From assembly GCA_000388065.2 (NCBI GenBank), contig KB932201.1: a DNA stretch of 64,000 bases; one strand, given 5' to 3'. The number at the start of each line of letters is the position of its first letter. The stretch's first letter is position 1. The notes beneath the pieces are model-generated. The model was given only the letters and a program-made list of their open reading frames with translations. It had not been told where the DNA came from and made no database searches. This document shows positions 51,600 to 64,000 of this stretch, in pieces. The translations under genes were made by a program, and so were the position numbers. Source of the stretch: Fonticula alba ATCC 38817. Lineage: Eukaryota > Protista > Nucleariida.

Positions 51600-53758
51600 A
51601 TGTGTATGCGGTTCTCCTCGGCAATTGGGCATATTTTCGCCGGGTAAACACGCTCAAGGGGGAAAACCTGCCCAAGGCCCGGCCTGGGGCCGGGCCTGTC
51701 CCGCAATTGATCCGTCCGCCCATGCCGCCCCCCCCCCCCCCCGCCCCCTGCTCCCGTCCGGGAGCGGGTGTCGCGTGCTTCATTGCGGCAAGGGCGGCCA
51801 GCCGGCCCGTGAGCACACGCACCACCCATGAAAGTGTGTGTGTGTGTGTGTGTGTGGCTGGCGCGTGCATGTGTGTGTGCGTGTGTCTGTTAACCTCTTG
51901 CCGCGGTGTGTTTCGGGGCTGCCCCAACCCTAGTGTCAGGCTTACCCTCCCCGATTTGCGCCGGTGAACGGCGCCTGCACCGGGGGAGGGCTGGGCACTC
52001 CTTTTCCCGGGGGCGCGGCCGCCCCGGTGCCTAGTGAGGGGCGCACGCACGGACGCACGCGCGCAGGTGCCATCTGATTGTCGTCTTCCCCTGCCGCCGC
52101 CCCCCGATCAGCCGGAGGGTGAGTTTTCAATGGTCGCAACCCCGGTTCACAGGCAGGTGCCAATCCGGCGTCGGCTCCTGCGTGCCCGGGCGCCGGCATC
52201 CCAGAGGACCACCCCCGCGCGGGCGCTCGTCGCCGGGACCAGCCGGGGACAGGTCGCTGGGAACCGCTTGCCCAACCGGGAAAAGGCCACCTTTTTTCTT
52301 CAGGTCAGCCTGCGCCCGGGGGCAGGGGGGGGGGGGGGAGCCAGTCGAGGGATGGTTCCGGGAGAATGCCCCGCCGCGGCCGGCGCGCAGGTGGCTCACA
52401 CGCGCGCGCCGGACCAAGGTGTCCGCCGACTCCGGCAGACAAAAAATACCGCTGGCGCCATCTCTCGCTCCCTGGGGCTCGGGGGGGGGGGGGGGGTCAC
52501 CATCTCCGCGTTTATCGACGTTGAAGGGCCCGTTCCCAGAACCCCGCCACAGATGCCCGATTGGTAAAGGATCCCTCCCCCCCGCCCCCGGCGGCGGCGC
52601 GAGGATACCGCCCGAGGTCTTTTATGTTCCTCCAGGCCCCCCCCCCCCTGGGCACTTGGCCCAGCGTGTGCACTCGCACACGGATGCGGACATGAGCACC
52701 CCCCACGCACGCATCCGGGTACTCAGGCATGAGGGATGCCCGGGCACTGTTCGGGCTCCATCGTCTTCCTTTCTGTCTCCTTCGTTCTCTTGCCCTCTCT
52801 GGCCCCCCCCCCCCCCCCCCTCCGTCCCAGGGGCCGGACAGGGAGAGAGGGAGACGCTGCACCCCACCGCGGCATGTCCCGCTCGCGACGGTGGATCGTC
52901 CACAAAAGGCACGCGGCATACGGCGCTCCCCCGCCCCCCGGAACCAAAGGCCTTTGGCTGTGTGGGTGGTGTACGCGGCCCAGTCGGCGTGTGCCGTGGC
53001 CCTTTCCGGGCAGGCCCAAGGCCAGGAGCGAGCCAGCGGCCGGGGGGAGTGGGGGGGGAGGGGGGGGGGGGGGGGACATGCTCCTTCTCCCTTGGGCATT
53101 TCTTTAGCCCAGGCCCTCCCCTCGTGTGCGAGCCCGGCGCATGCCCCCATTCCTTCTTGTCCCAGCTTGTATAGACAGCCGAAGGGTGAGAGCGTGAGAG
53201 GGAAACCCCCCCACCCCGGCCCCCCCCCCCCTTCCGGGCAGCACAATCGGCCACCGGCCTCGCGAAGGGGCCGCGGTGGAGGAGGATCTTCTTGAACGGA
53301 CGGCTGTGNNNNNNNNNNNNNNNNNNNNNNNNNNNNNNNNNNNNNNNNNNNNNNNNNNNNNNNNNNNNNNNNNNNNNNNNNNNNNNNNNNNNNNNNNNNN
53401 NNNNNNNNNNNNNNNNNNNNNNNNNNNNNNNNNNNNNNNNNNNNNNNNNNNNNNNNNNNNNNNNNNNNNNNNNNNNNNNNNNNNNNNNNNNNNNNNNNNN
53501 NNNNNNNNNNNNNNNNNNNNNNNNNNNNNNNNNNNNNNNNNNNNNNNNNNNNNNNNNNNNNNNNNNNNNNNNNNNNNNNNNNNNNNNNNNNNNNNNNNNN
53601 NNNNNNNNNNNNNNNNNNNNNNNNNNNNNNNNNNNNNNNNNNNNNNNNNNNNNNNNNNNNNNNNNNNNNCCCCCCGCCGCTGCTTCCTCCCCGGCCAGAG
53701 CTCTTGCCGTTTGCCGACGCCCGCTTCCGCCCACACAGCAGCAGCTCAACTGCCTACG

Positions 53759-54619
53759 ATGTACCCGCCTGCCGGGTTCAACACCCCTCTGGACCGCCGG
53801 TCAGACAGCCACTCCGTCCCCCTGGCATACTATGCGCACCGCAAGCCTGCTGAAGATCCGAATCAGGCCTATTTGACCATGCTGCAGATGCAGCAGCACC
53901 AATACCAGCAGCAGGCCAAGCATGCGCAGTCATCGCCGGCCATGGGCTTCACCGGTGGGCCAGCCTATGCCCCGAATGTCAGCGCCATCCCCACGGTCGG
54001 ATACTCTCACATCCAGGCCATCCCCCCGCCGCATCATGCGCAGATGGGACCACCGGCCGGGCAAATGTACCCGCCCATGAATCCGGTGACAGCTGCCGCA
54101 GCGGCGGCCGCGGCGGCCGCCGCGGCCGCCGCCTACAGCATGCATGCTCCGCCGCCTGGTGGTGCCCCCCCGGGCGCCCCCGCTGGCGCTCGGCCAGTGA
54201 CTCTTTCTCGTGTTTCTACTTCTTCCACCATGGAAGGGCCAGCCATGGCTCCCCCCGGGCACCATGGAGTAAGTCGTTCCTCGGCTGGCCAGGAGCACGC
54301 CTCAGCCGCGTATCATGCCAATGCCGTCCACCGGTCCTCCCTGGGCCACGAGGTTCGTCTCACCATGTTCCTCTCTTTCCCCCACTTGCCGGCTGCCCCG
54401 CTGCTGACACTCACTCCCATGGCATCCCTCCCTCCCTCCTCTCCTCTCCTCCATCGTAGGCCGAGTCCGCCCTCCTCCGTGCCTTTGCTTCCAGTGATGC
54501 GTACGTTCACCGATGTCTTCTTCTTCTTCTTCTTCTTCTTCTTCTTCCCCAGGGGACCCACCAAGTAGATCGTCTGCAAGCTGCATTTCTGGCTGTTTTC
54601 CTTCCCCCTCGCTCTCTCG

Positions 54620-54650
<31 letters not shown>

Positions 54651-55377
54651 CCTCCTCGACTCCCCCCCCTGACCTGTCCTATTTTTCCCCCTGCCGCCTG
54701 TCAGCGATCGTAACGGTCAAATATCGACCGAGGAGCTGCAAGCCTCCCTCGGACTCCTGGGCCCGGCCATCCCTGGCGCGCCGCCACTTTCACACCAAAC
54801 CTGCCGGCTGATGATCCGCCTGTATGATCTCGAACGGACAGGAACCATCAACTTCGGCGAGTTCTCCGCCCTTTGGCGGCATGTGCGCGACTGGAGTCAT
54901 GAGTTCCAGAAATACGACCACGACCGGTCATTCTGCATCGACCGCGAGGACCTGAGCTCCGCCTTGCAGGGGCTCGGTTACACCCTGAGCCAGGCCTTCG
55001 TGCGGATGGTCGTTTCGCGCTATGACACCGCCTGCGCACAGACCGTCTCCCTGGACAACTTCATTCAGATCTGCCTCATCATTCAGCGGTTGACCAATGA
55101 GTTCCGCAAGTTCGACACCAAGAAGGTGCGCACATCCGCCCTGCCGCGCGCGCACCCATTGCTGCGCACTTCCCCACGCCTTCCCCTCCCCTCTACACAC
55201 TTGGAGCCCGCTCTCCCACTTCTCTCCCTGTCCTCCTTCGGATTTTTCATGCTCACACACACACACACACGCTCCCATGCCCGGAATTTCCTGTCTCCCC
55301 TCCCCCGATGTTAGAATGGCTGGGCAAACTTCCCATACGAGCAGTTTCTGTGGGTCTTCTTCGACATGCTGGGCTGA
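53759..55377 (+). CDS. PEF1: Peflin / ALG-2-like penta-EF-hand Ca2+-binding protein with a Pro/Gln/Ala/Gly-rich N-terminus
   Basis: Exons 53759-54352, 54553-~54597 (junction unresolved), 54705-55125 and 55315-55377. Sequence: DRNGQISTEELQASL..TCRLMIRLYDLERTGTINFGEFSALWRHVRDW..FQKYDHDRSFCIDREDLSSALQGLGY..VSLDNFIQICLIIQRLTNEFRKFD..GWANFPYEQFL. The start is tentative because an N-gap lies just upstream. Confidence 0.88.
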
Positions 55378-56826
55378 TGGCGGCACCCTGGCGTCCGACG
55401 CGCCTTCCCTTGTCCTTCTTGCCGTCGTCGCTGTGTTATGCCCGCTGCCGCCTCCCCCCCCCATTCCTTCTCCACCTGTCCATCTGGGCCCGCCGGTCGG
55501 GCTTTGGCGCTTCATCGCATCACGTCAATGGGTGCCTGGGTGTGGATACGCACATGCACACGCCCATGCGCGGCTACATGGTCCTTCTCCTTTCCTTCCG
55601 GATGTATATGTGTCTCTGGACATTCGGCAGAGAGAGGGACAGAGAAAGGGACATGATAGCGCCGAATGGAGGAAATTCGAACAGCCATGCTCCCTGAAGC
55701 ATGGCCTCATCCCTTCGCCCGTGCAGTCTGTGCCGGAGATGCCTCATAACTTGCATCTGGGCACGGACGTGTGGGGTCGATTAGCCCGTGGTGTTTCTCT
55801 TCGCGCCTGCCTCCCCCCCCCCACCCCCCCTCTGCCGCACATGCGGGCTCCTCTACACATCCTCCTCCCCCTTCCCCCCCCTTTCCCTTGCCTCGCTCAA
55901 GCTGTACTTTTATTGCGGCTCTGGCGCGCGCGTGGCCCCCGGCCACTGTTGCGATCGTCATGTCCCGCCCCTTCTCTTCGAGCTCTGGCCCCCCCCCCCT
56001 CCCTCCTGGTCTTGCGCGCGTGCCCTGCCGCGCACAGGTGCCCATCCCTCCCCCACCTCCATGTTCCTCGTGTTTAGATCCATGTAATACACACGAGATG
56101 CCAACGCACATTGAGCCCCGCCTGTTTTCCTCCCCGCCGCCGCCGTGCCTCCGTCGTCTTTGCTGCGTCGGCCATCGGGGATGCCTCATTCGCCGTGGGG
56201 GGGGGGGGGGGGGNNNNNNNNNNNNNNNNNNNNNNNNNNNNNNNNNNNNNNNNNNNNNNNNNNNNNNNNNNNNNNNNNNNNNNNNNNNNNNNNNNNNNNN
56301 NNNNNNNNNNNNNNNNNNNNNNNNNNNNNNNNNNNNNNNNNNNNNNNNNNNNNNNNNNNNNNNNNNNNNNNNNNNNNNNNNNNNNNNNNNNNNNNNNNNN
56401 NNNNNNNNNNNNNNNNNNNNNNNNNNNNNNNNNNNNNNNNNNNNNNNNNNNNNNNNNNNNNNNNNNNNNNNNNNNNNNNNNNNNNNNNNNNNNNNNNNNN
56501 NNNNNNNNNNNNNNNNNNNNNNNNNNNNNNNNNNNNNNNNNNNGGGGGGGGGGGACGGGCAAGTGTGTATGTGGATGCATATGTACATATGGATGTGTGT
56601 GCGCGTGTGTGCGCGTGTGTGCGCGTGCCTTGCCTTCGTTGGTGGCGAGGCCATCTACCCTGCGCGCGATCGGCCATTCGTCTGTCGCTCCCTTCCTTTC
56701 CTCCGCCCTCCCCCTCTTTGTGGTGGCAGCCGATTTTTTTTTGGCATTTTTCTCGGAGCCGCCTGTAGACAGCTCGCCACCGGGTCAAAGGCAGACCCAC
56801 CCCTCTCAACTAGTCCCCCCCCCCCC

Positions 56827-56869
<43 letters not shown>

Positions 56870-56952
56870 CCAAGTTCTCCTGTCTCCCCTCCTCCGTCCC
56901 CCCTGCCCCTGCTTGCGCTTTCTTCCCACATCTTCGCGCCGGTCTGGCCAAG

Positions 56953-59900
56953 ATGGACCCGCTTTCTGCTGGGTTTGGCTCCTTCAGGCCGCGGGCTGCT
57001 GCTGCTGCTGCTGCGGCGGCGGCGGCCACGACAGATGCCGAGTCCTCAGCACCGGTCGACCAGGCTAATCCTCAACCTGGAGGCTCATCGCACAGCCGGG
57101 AGGTGGTCCCCTTCCAAGGGACCCGATCTCCCAGCCCGTCAGGCCGACGCCCTCGACGCGGCCGGGGCTCGGCGCACTCGCATAGTCGCTCACGCAGCCA
57201 CTCGCGCAGCCGTTCACGTAGCCGTTCACGAGGCCGGGATCGGCGCCGGCGCCACCGGCGCGATCGATCCCCCGATAGAGCTGACCGGCGTCGGCGCCGA
57301 CACCGATCGACCTCCCCCGCATCGGGGTCCACCTGCGATCGGCTCCTTGATGCCCTGTCCTCTGAGGACGTCCGGATGATTGTGGCCAGCTCCGGGTCCG
57401 GGACCGGGGCGGCGGCATCTCGCAGTCGGCACCATCCTCGCCGGCGGCGCTCCATCTCGTCCCCCTCGACCGAGCGGCCTTGGCTGGCGCCGACTGCCGG
57501 CACCGAGGGCGACGGCTTCCTCGTAGACCCTCGGGGAGATGTGTCACTCCTTCGCCGGCAATCTTTGCTCATTCCCCCGACTGGGGCGTCGGCTGCCAGT
57601 GGCGGGCCCCTGCCACCGCACTATTACCGGGTGGATGCATCCGCGGTGGCGTCAGCCCCGGTGTCCGGGGCTGCTGGTGCGTTCCTGGCGCCTTCTTGTC
57701 CCTGGATTGTCCCTCGTCCTTTTTTCTTCTTCTTCCCAGCCCCCTCTCCCCCTCTTCCCCTTCCTCTCTTCCTGTCTCCGGCGCCTTGCCCTCTGCCCCC
57801 GGCCGCCATCGCTGATTCCCTTTCAATACCCTCCTGGGGCTTGGTCTGGCCATCATGTGCCGATTGCCATTTGCCTGCACGGCCTGCCTGCTGCTGCCTG
57901 CCCTGCCGGGCATCATCGCACGCAGCCAGCGTGCTGGGCTTGCCCCAAGAATGGGAGGCATCCTTCTCGCGAGCTAGCCGCCGTGGCCGTCCGGAGCCCG
58001 ATTCCGAACTTGTCAACCCCCGCCTCCCGTGCGTGTCACCGAACTGTGTGGCCGATTATTCTTCCTGTCTCGCTGTTTCGCTGTTTCGCTGTTTCGCTGT
58101 TTCGCTGTTTCGCTGTTTCGCTGTTTCGCTGTTTCGCTGTTTCGCTGTTTCGCTGTTTCGCTGTTTCGCTGTTTCGCTGTTTCGCTGTTTCGCTGCGCCG
58201 CCGTTTCGCTGTTTCGCTGTTTCTCTGCGCCTTCCTGCTTGCCTGCCTGCCGGGCTGCTCGCTCACATTGTGCCCCCCCTTTCACTGCCCGAACGCCGCA
58301 TGTTTCAGTCCCGCCTGGCTACCAATTTCCGACCACCCACCTCCCCTACTGACGGTTCTGCCCAAACCAAGCAGCTGGTCTGCTCGGGGGGATCCGTTGT
58401 TGTTGCTGCGCGAGGCAGGATCTCGGGCTCGGCCGTCGGCCCCCGGCACCAAGGCCGAGCCGGAGGCGGGTCGGCGCAATGCCACGCACACGGCCGACAC
58501 ATTGGCCGTTGTGCGGGAGGCAGGCCTGGTCCGGATGCTGTATGCTCATGTGTCAGCTCGATCGCCTTGCGAGCTGGGCAGCCAGAGCGTCTGGCCATCG
58601 GACCTGCTGCTGGTACAGGCCTTGCGCCTTCAAGCGGCCGAGGCGGCCGGCCACCAGGCCAGCATGGCCACCCCCGGTCCGGACCCGGCTGATGGCTCCT
58701 TCATCCCGGTGGGCCAGGAGCCGGAGGGCTCGCGCGACGTGTCCACCTCCGAGGTAGACCCGGCCGAGGGTCCGGCCGATCTGGCGGAGCAAGTGGCCTC
58801 CCGAGTGGGCGCGGCTTTCCGCCTGCTGCGAGATGACCCGCTGGCCGCGGACCGGTGGCTGGAGCTTGCAGCCCTGCGGGGCCTACAGCTGGCCCTGGCT
58901 TTTTTACCGACCGGACGGCCGCTCACTCGGCGGCGGGTGGCCCGGGCCCGGCGGGCCGCGGCCGAAGCCCTGGCCGATGTTCTGGGGCTGGGGCTGGCGC
59001 GTGCACGCGGCCGCCTGGCCGAGCGTCTATCTGGTCATGCACTGAGTGGAATGTCCACCCGGCCCTTGGCCCATGTGCGGGCCCAGTTGTCCGGGGACTG
59101 GGGACACCTGTGGCGCGTGGCCGCGCGAACCATTCAGTGCCTCTACGAGGGCACCCGCCCGGCTGAGGGGCTCAACCGGCTGTCCGGCCTGAGCGCCGGG
59201 GTGGTGAATATGGCCCTGGCTCCATGGGCCGAGCGTCTTCGACTTGAGGCCATGCGCGGGTCTGGGGCCGACCGGCGCCGCGCCGCGGCCCTGGTGCAAA
59301 TGCATCTTCTCGGGGATCCGGAGGTGGTGCAGGCCGCCTTCCTGGCCAGTCAGGAAGCCCTGGCCACCGGGACCACCGGCCTTGGCCGGACATTGTGGCA
59401 GCAGCTCCACCTGGCGGTGGAGCTGGGCAGCTTGGCTGGCGAGTCGGCCGCTCTCGCGGCCGGGTCGCGTCCGGCGCCTGCCCCCCCCGGCGGGGCCTTT
59501 CCCCAGCCGGAGCACCTCTTCCGGCTGGTGGCCTGGCTGCAGGCGGCCGGCCGGACGGCCCGAACGGCCGACGAAGCCGGATACTCCGAACGCGCACTCA
59601 CCCTGGCGGTGTGTGGATTGTCGTGGCTGCTGGGGGCCCCGGAGCGGCTGGAGCTTGCGGGGCATTTGCCCGTCGCCCGGTGGCTGTTTTATGGCCGACG
59701 TGCGGATCGCGCTTCACTTGGCGCCGGGCCGGCCCTCCACACCCTGGAGACCGGGGTCTCGGTGCCCGATGACGCTTTCGACGCGGAAATCGACCACCGG
59801 CTGGACATGCTCGAGGGGTCCGAGCCACTCGAGCCACAGCAGCAGCAGCAGCAGCAGCAGCAACCACTCCTGCATCCGGACGTGGGGGACTTCTCGGACA

Positions 59901-60663
59901 TGCAGTTCCGCGGGCGCTTCACCCAGGCGGCCCTCACGTCGCGGATTTGGGCCAGCTGGTTCCTGACGGAAACCCAGCGTGCGGCACACCTGTGGCGGCC
60001 GCTCATGGACCTGCCGGCCCCGGGGCCGGATGGCTCGACGCCCGGGCTTCCGACATACGACCCGGCGCGCGTGGTCCTGGCGGCGGACTTGCGTCCGGCC
60101 GGGCCCGGGGCCTTTGGGCTTGGGCCGGCCGCCGGGCGGGAGGCTGCCGGGCCGGTCCGCGCCGCCGGGGTGCGAGCCCTCCTGGGGCTGTGCCTGTCCC
60201 TGGCCGGAGTGCCGCATGGGCCGACGCTGGCTGGCGGCCACCGAGCCTGGTCCGAGTGCATGCGGCAGCCAGGGGCCGAGGCCAGCGGGGCGACGGACGC
60301 CTTTGGCCGGTTTTCCCCGGGCCCCGGGGGCGCTGGCGATCGGGCGCCCCTCTTCGAGTGGCACCTCGCCGAGGCCGCCGACCCGGAAGCCGTGGCAACG
60401 CAAGCCGGTGCATTGGTTCTGCCAGCGGGTCTGGCTGCGACTCTCCCCTCGGTGGCATTGTCCTGCATGGCCTGTGCCGGGACTGGGCCCCATGCGCCTG
60501 GCAGCGTGTCCTGCGTGTGCGGTGCCACTCCTGCCGCGGCCGAGTGGGCGCTAGACCGCGTCCTCGGCCGGGCGCTTGGAGGTCCCTCGGCTGCCGTTTC
60601 AGGGCCAATCTTTGGCCCAATTGGCCTGGCTGAGCGCGCGGATTTCCTTGAGTGCGTCTCTTG

Positions 60664-60750
<87 letters not shown>

Positions 60751-60795
60751 NNNNNNNNNNNNNNNNNNNNNNNNNNNNNNNNNNNNNNNNNNNNN

Positions 60796-60872
<77 letters not shown>

Positions 60873-61545
60873 GCACACGGGTGTGCCTCCCCTCTCCATG
60901 TGTCTCTTTCCGCCCTGCCTTCCCACGCATCTTCCTTTGTCCCTTTCATCAGCGCTGTCCACCAATTAGCTGCCTCTAATGGTTATGTCCCCCCTCCCAC
61001 TTACTCGGTCATTCTCCTGGATGTGCACTTTCTTCAACAAAAAGACGCCTCTTGTCGAAGGCTCTGTTTGACACATCAGCCGGGCCGAGTGGCGAGCGGG
61101 CCTTCCGTAGCCAGTTTGGCGAAGACCACGCTGAAAGCCGGCTTTCGGCCGAGGTAACCCTTCTCCGGCTCTGCTTGGCTTTGGTCCGGGCTTCGGAAGT
61201 CGAGGCCACGAGTGACTTATTGACCATGGCTCACGCGCAGCTTGAGGCTCTCCAGCTCCAAATGCGCGACCAGCCCTTCGCCAACCGCCTCCTCTGGCGG
61301 TCGGTGGCCCGGTTACGGGCACTCCCCCCAGCAGCCAACGCCACAGCCACGGTCTTGCAGCAGCGTGTTGACCTGGCCGCGAAGCTACTCCAAACCGTGG
61401 GACAACGTTACGCTGGTGATCGAGACCCGGCTTCGGCCTGGATGGCCAGCCTCTCCGAGAGCCGCCTGGCATGCGAGCTGTGGCTTGCTTCATCGGCGTC
61501 CAGCGAGTCGCGCGTCCTGCGCAAGGTTCTTGGTGCGTGCCTGTC

Positions 61546-61631
<86 letters not shown>

Positions 61632-63718
61632 GCTCTCTGTCCATTCTCCCTCGCCCCTCTCTCTCTCCCTGCCTTCCCTCTTGGCCTTTCCCTCTCTGCC
61701 CGCTCCATCCCACTCTTTGTACCCGGGAGCCGGCTTCCATGGCGGCTGACCGCCCCCCTCCCCCCTCCACTCCCCCTGGCTAACCCGCCCCGTCGTCCGC
61801 TCATGCCTTTTGGTGGGAACGCCAAAAAGAAATTGTCCAGCTCCCCGGCCTCGCTGGAGCGCTGAGCACCCTGCAGCGGGACTTGGACCGGGGTTCTGCC
61901 ACCTCCAGCCCCCTGGACCCCCACTTGGGGGCACTTCTCCTGTATTTCACATTCTGTGCGGCTGCCCAGCGCGGCGACCGGCTGGGGGCCGTCCGCCGGG
62001 TGTGTGTCACCGTTGTGGCCATGGCCCGGTCGGCGCTCGGCTGTCTGGCCGCCCCTGGCGTCAGTCGTACGGACGCCGCACACTCGATGGCCGGCCTGCT
62101 TGGCACCGTCCTGGCACCGGTTGAGCGGCTGTTGCATTTCTTCCGGCGTACAGCCGGCAGCCGGCCGGCCGGCCAGGCCACCCTCACTGCCGGGCATGAT
62201 GGCAGCAGTGGCGCCGACGGTGTCCGGGAGGGCAGCGATGTCGATGCCGATCTCAGCCAGGCTCCCCCGGGGCACCTGGTGGCCGCGGTCCGGCGCATGT
62301 GCCAGCGCCTGACGGGGCTATGCGCACAGGCCCTGGCCGCTGGCGACTCGGCCGCCCTCGGCGCTACTCCTCGCTGGGCCGGCCTGCCTTTGATGACCCC
62401 CCCGCTGCCGGAGAGCCAGGGTGCGGGCTTTTCCGTGCGCTGGCTCGGCCCGGAGGGCGGCTTTGTCATCGGGTGCGTGACGATGCCCCCCCTCCCCTCG
62501 GTGGGGATGGGCCGCTCGTCTGCCCACCTATTCAAGCTTCCTGACCCCCCTTTGCTGCCCCTGCTGACGCGCCTCCTCCCTGTCTTGCTCCCCCCCCCCC
62601 CCGGGTCTCCTTCTCTTCTCCCCTCCCTCGTCATGCCTTCCCTTCTCGCCGGTCAGCCGGCCGACCTTCACAGCACTCGTGGAGGCGGTTGGCTCGGACG
62701 ACATGCGTCACACGACCCGCCGGTTGGCAGCCCTGCTGGCCGACCCGGCGGCCACGGCGGCCCTCACGCGCGAAGTCTTCGCCCGGGTGTACAACACGCG
62801 CGTTGTCTCGCGTTTCGAAGCCTGCCTCTCGGCATCTTCGTACGTCCAGAGCATGCATGACTGGCCAACCTCTCGCTCTTCATGTGGGCTCTGCCTCGCT
62901 CGCCCTCCTTCACACCCTAACCGATGCCATCCATTTCGACACCGTCACCGCTGCTGCCGGTCCCCCCCCCCCTCCCCTCCCCCGGCCCGGGCGAAAACAA
63001 ACAGAACCACGCCCCTGGTGTGGCATTTGTACTTGCTTTGGGTGCGCGCGGCCGCCATGGTTGAACGTGCCATTGGGGCCCGGTTCCCCTCGGCCCTGGC
63101 CGCCACGTCGGTCGGGGCTCAGGCCAGCCGTGAGGCTCGTCTTCGAGCCTCGCGTCTGCAAAGCCTCGACAGGCAGTGGCGTGCCCGAGCCGAGGGGGTT
63201 TTCTACAGCGCCCTCCGGCAGTGCGGCCGGTCCAAAAGTGCGTTCCCCCTCCCCTCACCTCTCCCCTTGGCTGTTTTCCCCAAGCTCTTTCTCCCTCGGG
63301 CGGGCAATTCCCCCGGGCCTGGGCCTCTCGCCTGCTCCCGCTTTTCCCTCGCTCCCGGGTCTGACTCTCCATCCGCACTGGCGGTGTAGCCATCCTCATG
63401 CATGCTTTCGGTGCCGGGCTCTTTGAGAGCCTGGATGACAGTGCCCTGCTGGCGGTGTACTCGCTGCTGAGCGCCGCGGAGCAGGACCGCGATGACCGAG
63501 CTCTGCTTGGAGATCGGGTTGTCGACGAGGCCCGGAAGGTGTTCACTCGTGATGGGGGATCCTTCCCCCTGCCCTCGGCAAGTGAGGCCCCATCTCCGGC
63601 CGATCGACTCCCAGATGGCGATCCCTTTGGTGGGGATGCCTGGTGGGGCTTCCGCCTGCGGGCAACGTACCAGGAGGTTGGCCGACTCTTTGGCGAGGCA
63701 GACGAGTCTGCCGGATGA
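56953..63718 (+). CDS. NRDE2: NRDE-2 family protein (nuclear RNA processing/RNAi factor, helical HAT-like repeats) with an RS/RD-rich N-terminus; multi-exon
   Basis: N-terminal FLVDPRGD..PHYYRV resembles the NRDE2 F.iD.kGD..Y.R motif. The central WASWFLTETQRAAHLWRP and YDPARVVL resemble W...E..R....W.P and DP.R.VL. The C-terminal VWHLYL..ARAEGVFYSALRQC resembles WR.YL..A..VFY.AL..CP. Several consensus GTGCGT introns are present; some 3' junctions are not fully resolved. Confidence 0.75.
58071..58222. repeat. (CGCTGTTT)n 8-bp tandem repeat in NRDE2 intron 58029-58308
   Basis: 15 perfect units at 58071-58190, a CGCTGCGCCGCC interruption, then about 2.5 more units. Confidence 0.95.
60666..60866. 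repeat. Long (TG)n microsatellite spanning an N-gap in an NRDE2 intron
   Basis: (TG)n lies on both sides of the gap 60751-60795. Confidence 0.95.
61546..61630. repeat. (GGCT)n tetranucleotide repeat in an NRDE2 intron
   Basis: About 21 perfect units shortly after the GTGCGT donor near 61533. Confidence 0.95.
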
Positions 63719-64000
63719 GGCATGGTCTCTGTGTCTCCTGCCCTGTTGGAGGAATTCCTCTGCGCGCCTGTACACGCCATCTCCAGTCTGTAGTGTGTGT
63801 GTGCGCGTGTTAGGCGGGGGTGGATGGCGAAGGCACACATGCATCCCATCACAAGCACACAAACCCAAACACTGGCAAACAGGCACACCGGGAAAGACCC
63901 TGGCTGAGGTCCCCTCCCTCCCGCCTGTGCACAAATAGAGTGATAGATATTTCGCCTCGACCACTCGGCTCCGGGACCCTGGTGGGGGGTGCCCTCTCTT

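Noticed and set aside
50040-53308. Many overlapping 100-350 aa ORFs here and in 19000-24500, 27600-30300 and 41700-43800
   Set aside because: They are Pro/Gly/Arg-rich translations of GC-rich low-complexity DNA in all six frames, with no domain motifs, codon bias or transposase/RT signatures.
58013-58352. ORFs with repeating RCFAVSLF or QRNSETAK peptides
   Set aside because: They are translations of the intronic (CGCTGTTT)n repeat inside a GT-AG intron whose removal restores the NRDE2 frame.

Overview
This is GC-rich, intron-containing eukaryotic genomic DNA with 11 N-gaps and many poly-G/poly-C and dinucleotide tracts. The mix of a fungal-type adenylate cyclase, a prominin-like protein, ataxin-10 and NRDE-2, together with the sequence style, suggests a unicellular holomycotan such as Fonticula; this is inference and not verified. 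I reconstructed 14 spliced or single-exon protein genes by hand: a PH + sphingosine/ceramide-kinase-like protein, ataxin-10, protoporphyrinogen oxidase, a CYR1-type adenylate cyclase, a 112-aa orphan, VPS60/CHMP5, a prominin-like 5-TM protein, a small Cys-rich membrane protein, an orphan type-I membrane protein, V-ATPase subunit D, a 7-TM protein, a tandem-PH protein, peflin and NRDE-2. I found no support for tRNA, rRNA, CRISPR arrays or transposons. The most notable observations are: (1) the lipid-kinase homolog has lost four of its five catalytic motifs and is a candidate pseudokinase; (2) a complete fungal RA-LRR-PP2C-cyclase architecture with a long extra C-terminal tail; (3) a prominin-like protein with Gly/Ser/Pro repeat arrays; (4) a 5' splice-site consensus GT(G/A)(C/T)G with no A at +4; (5) an uncharacterised 7-TM protein; (6) a split PH domain. 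No single multi-gene novel system could be established from the sequence alone.
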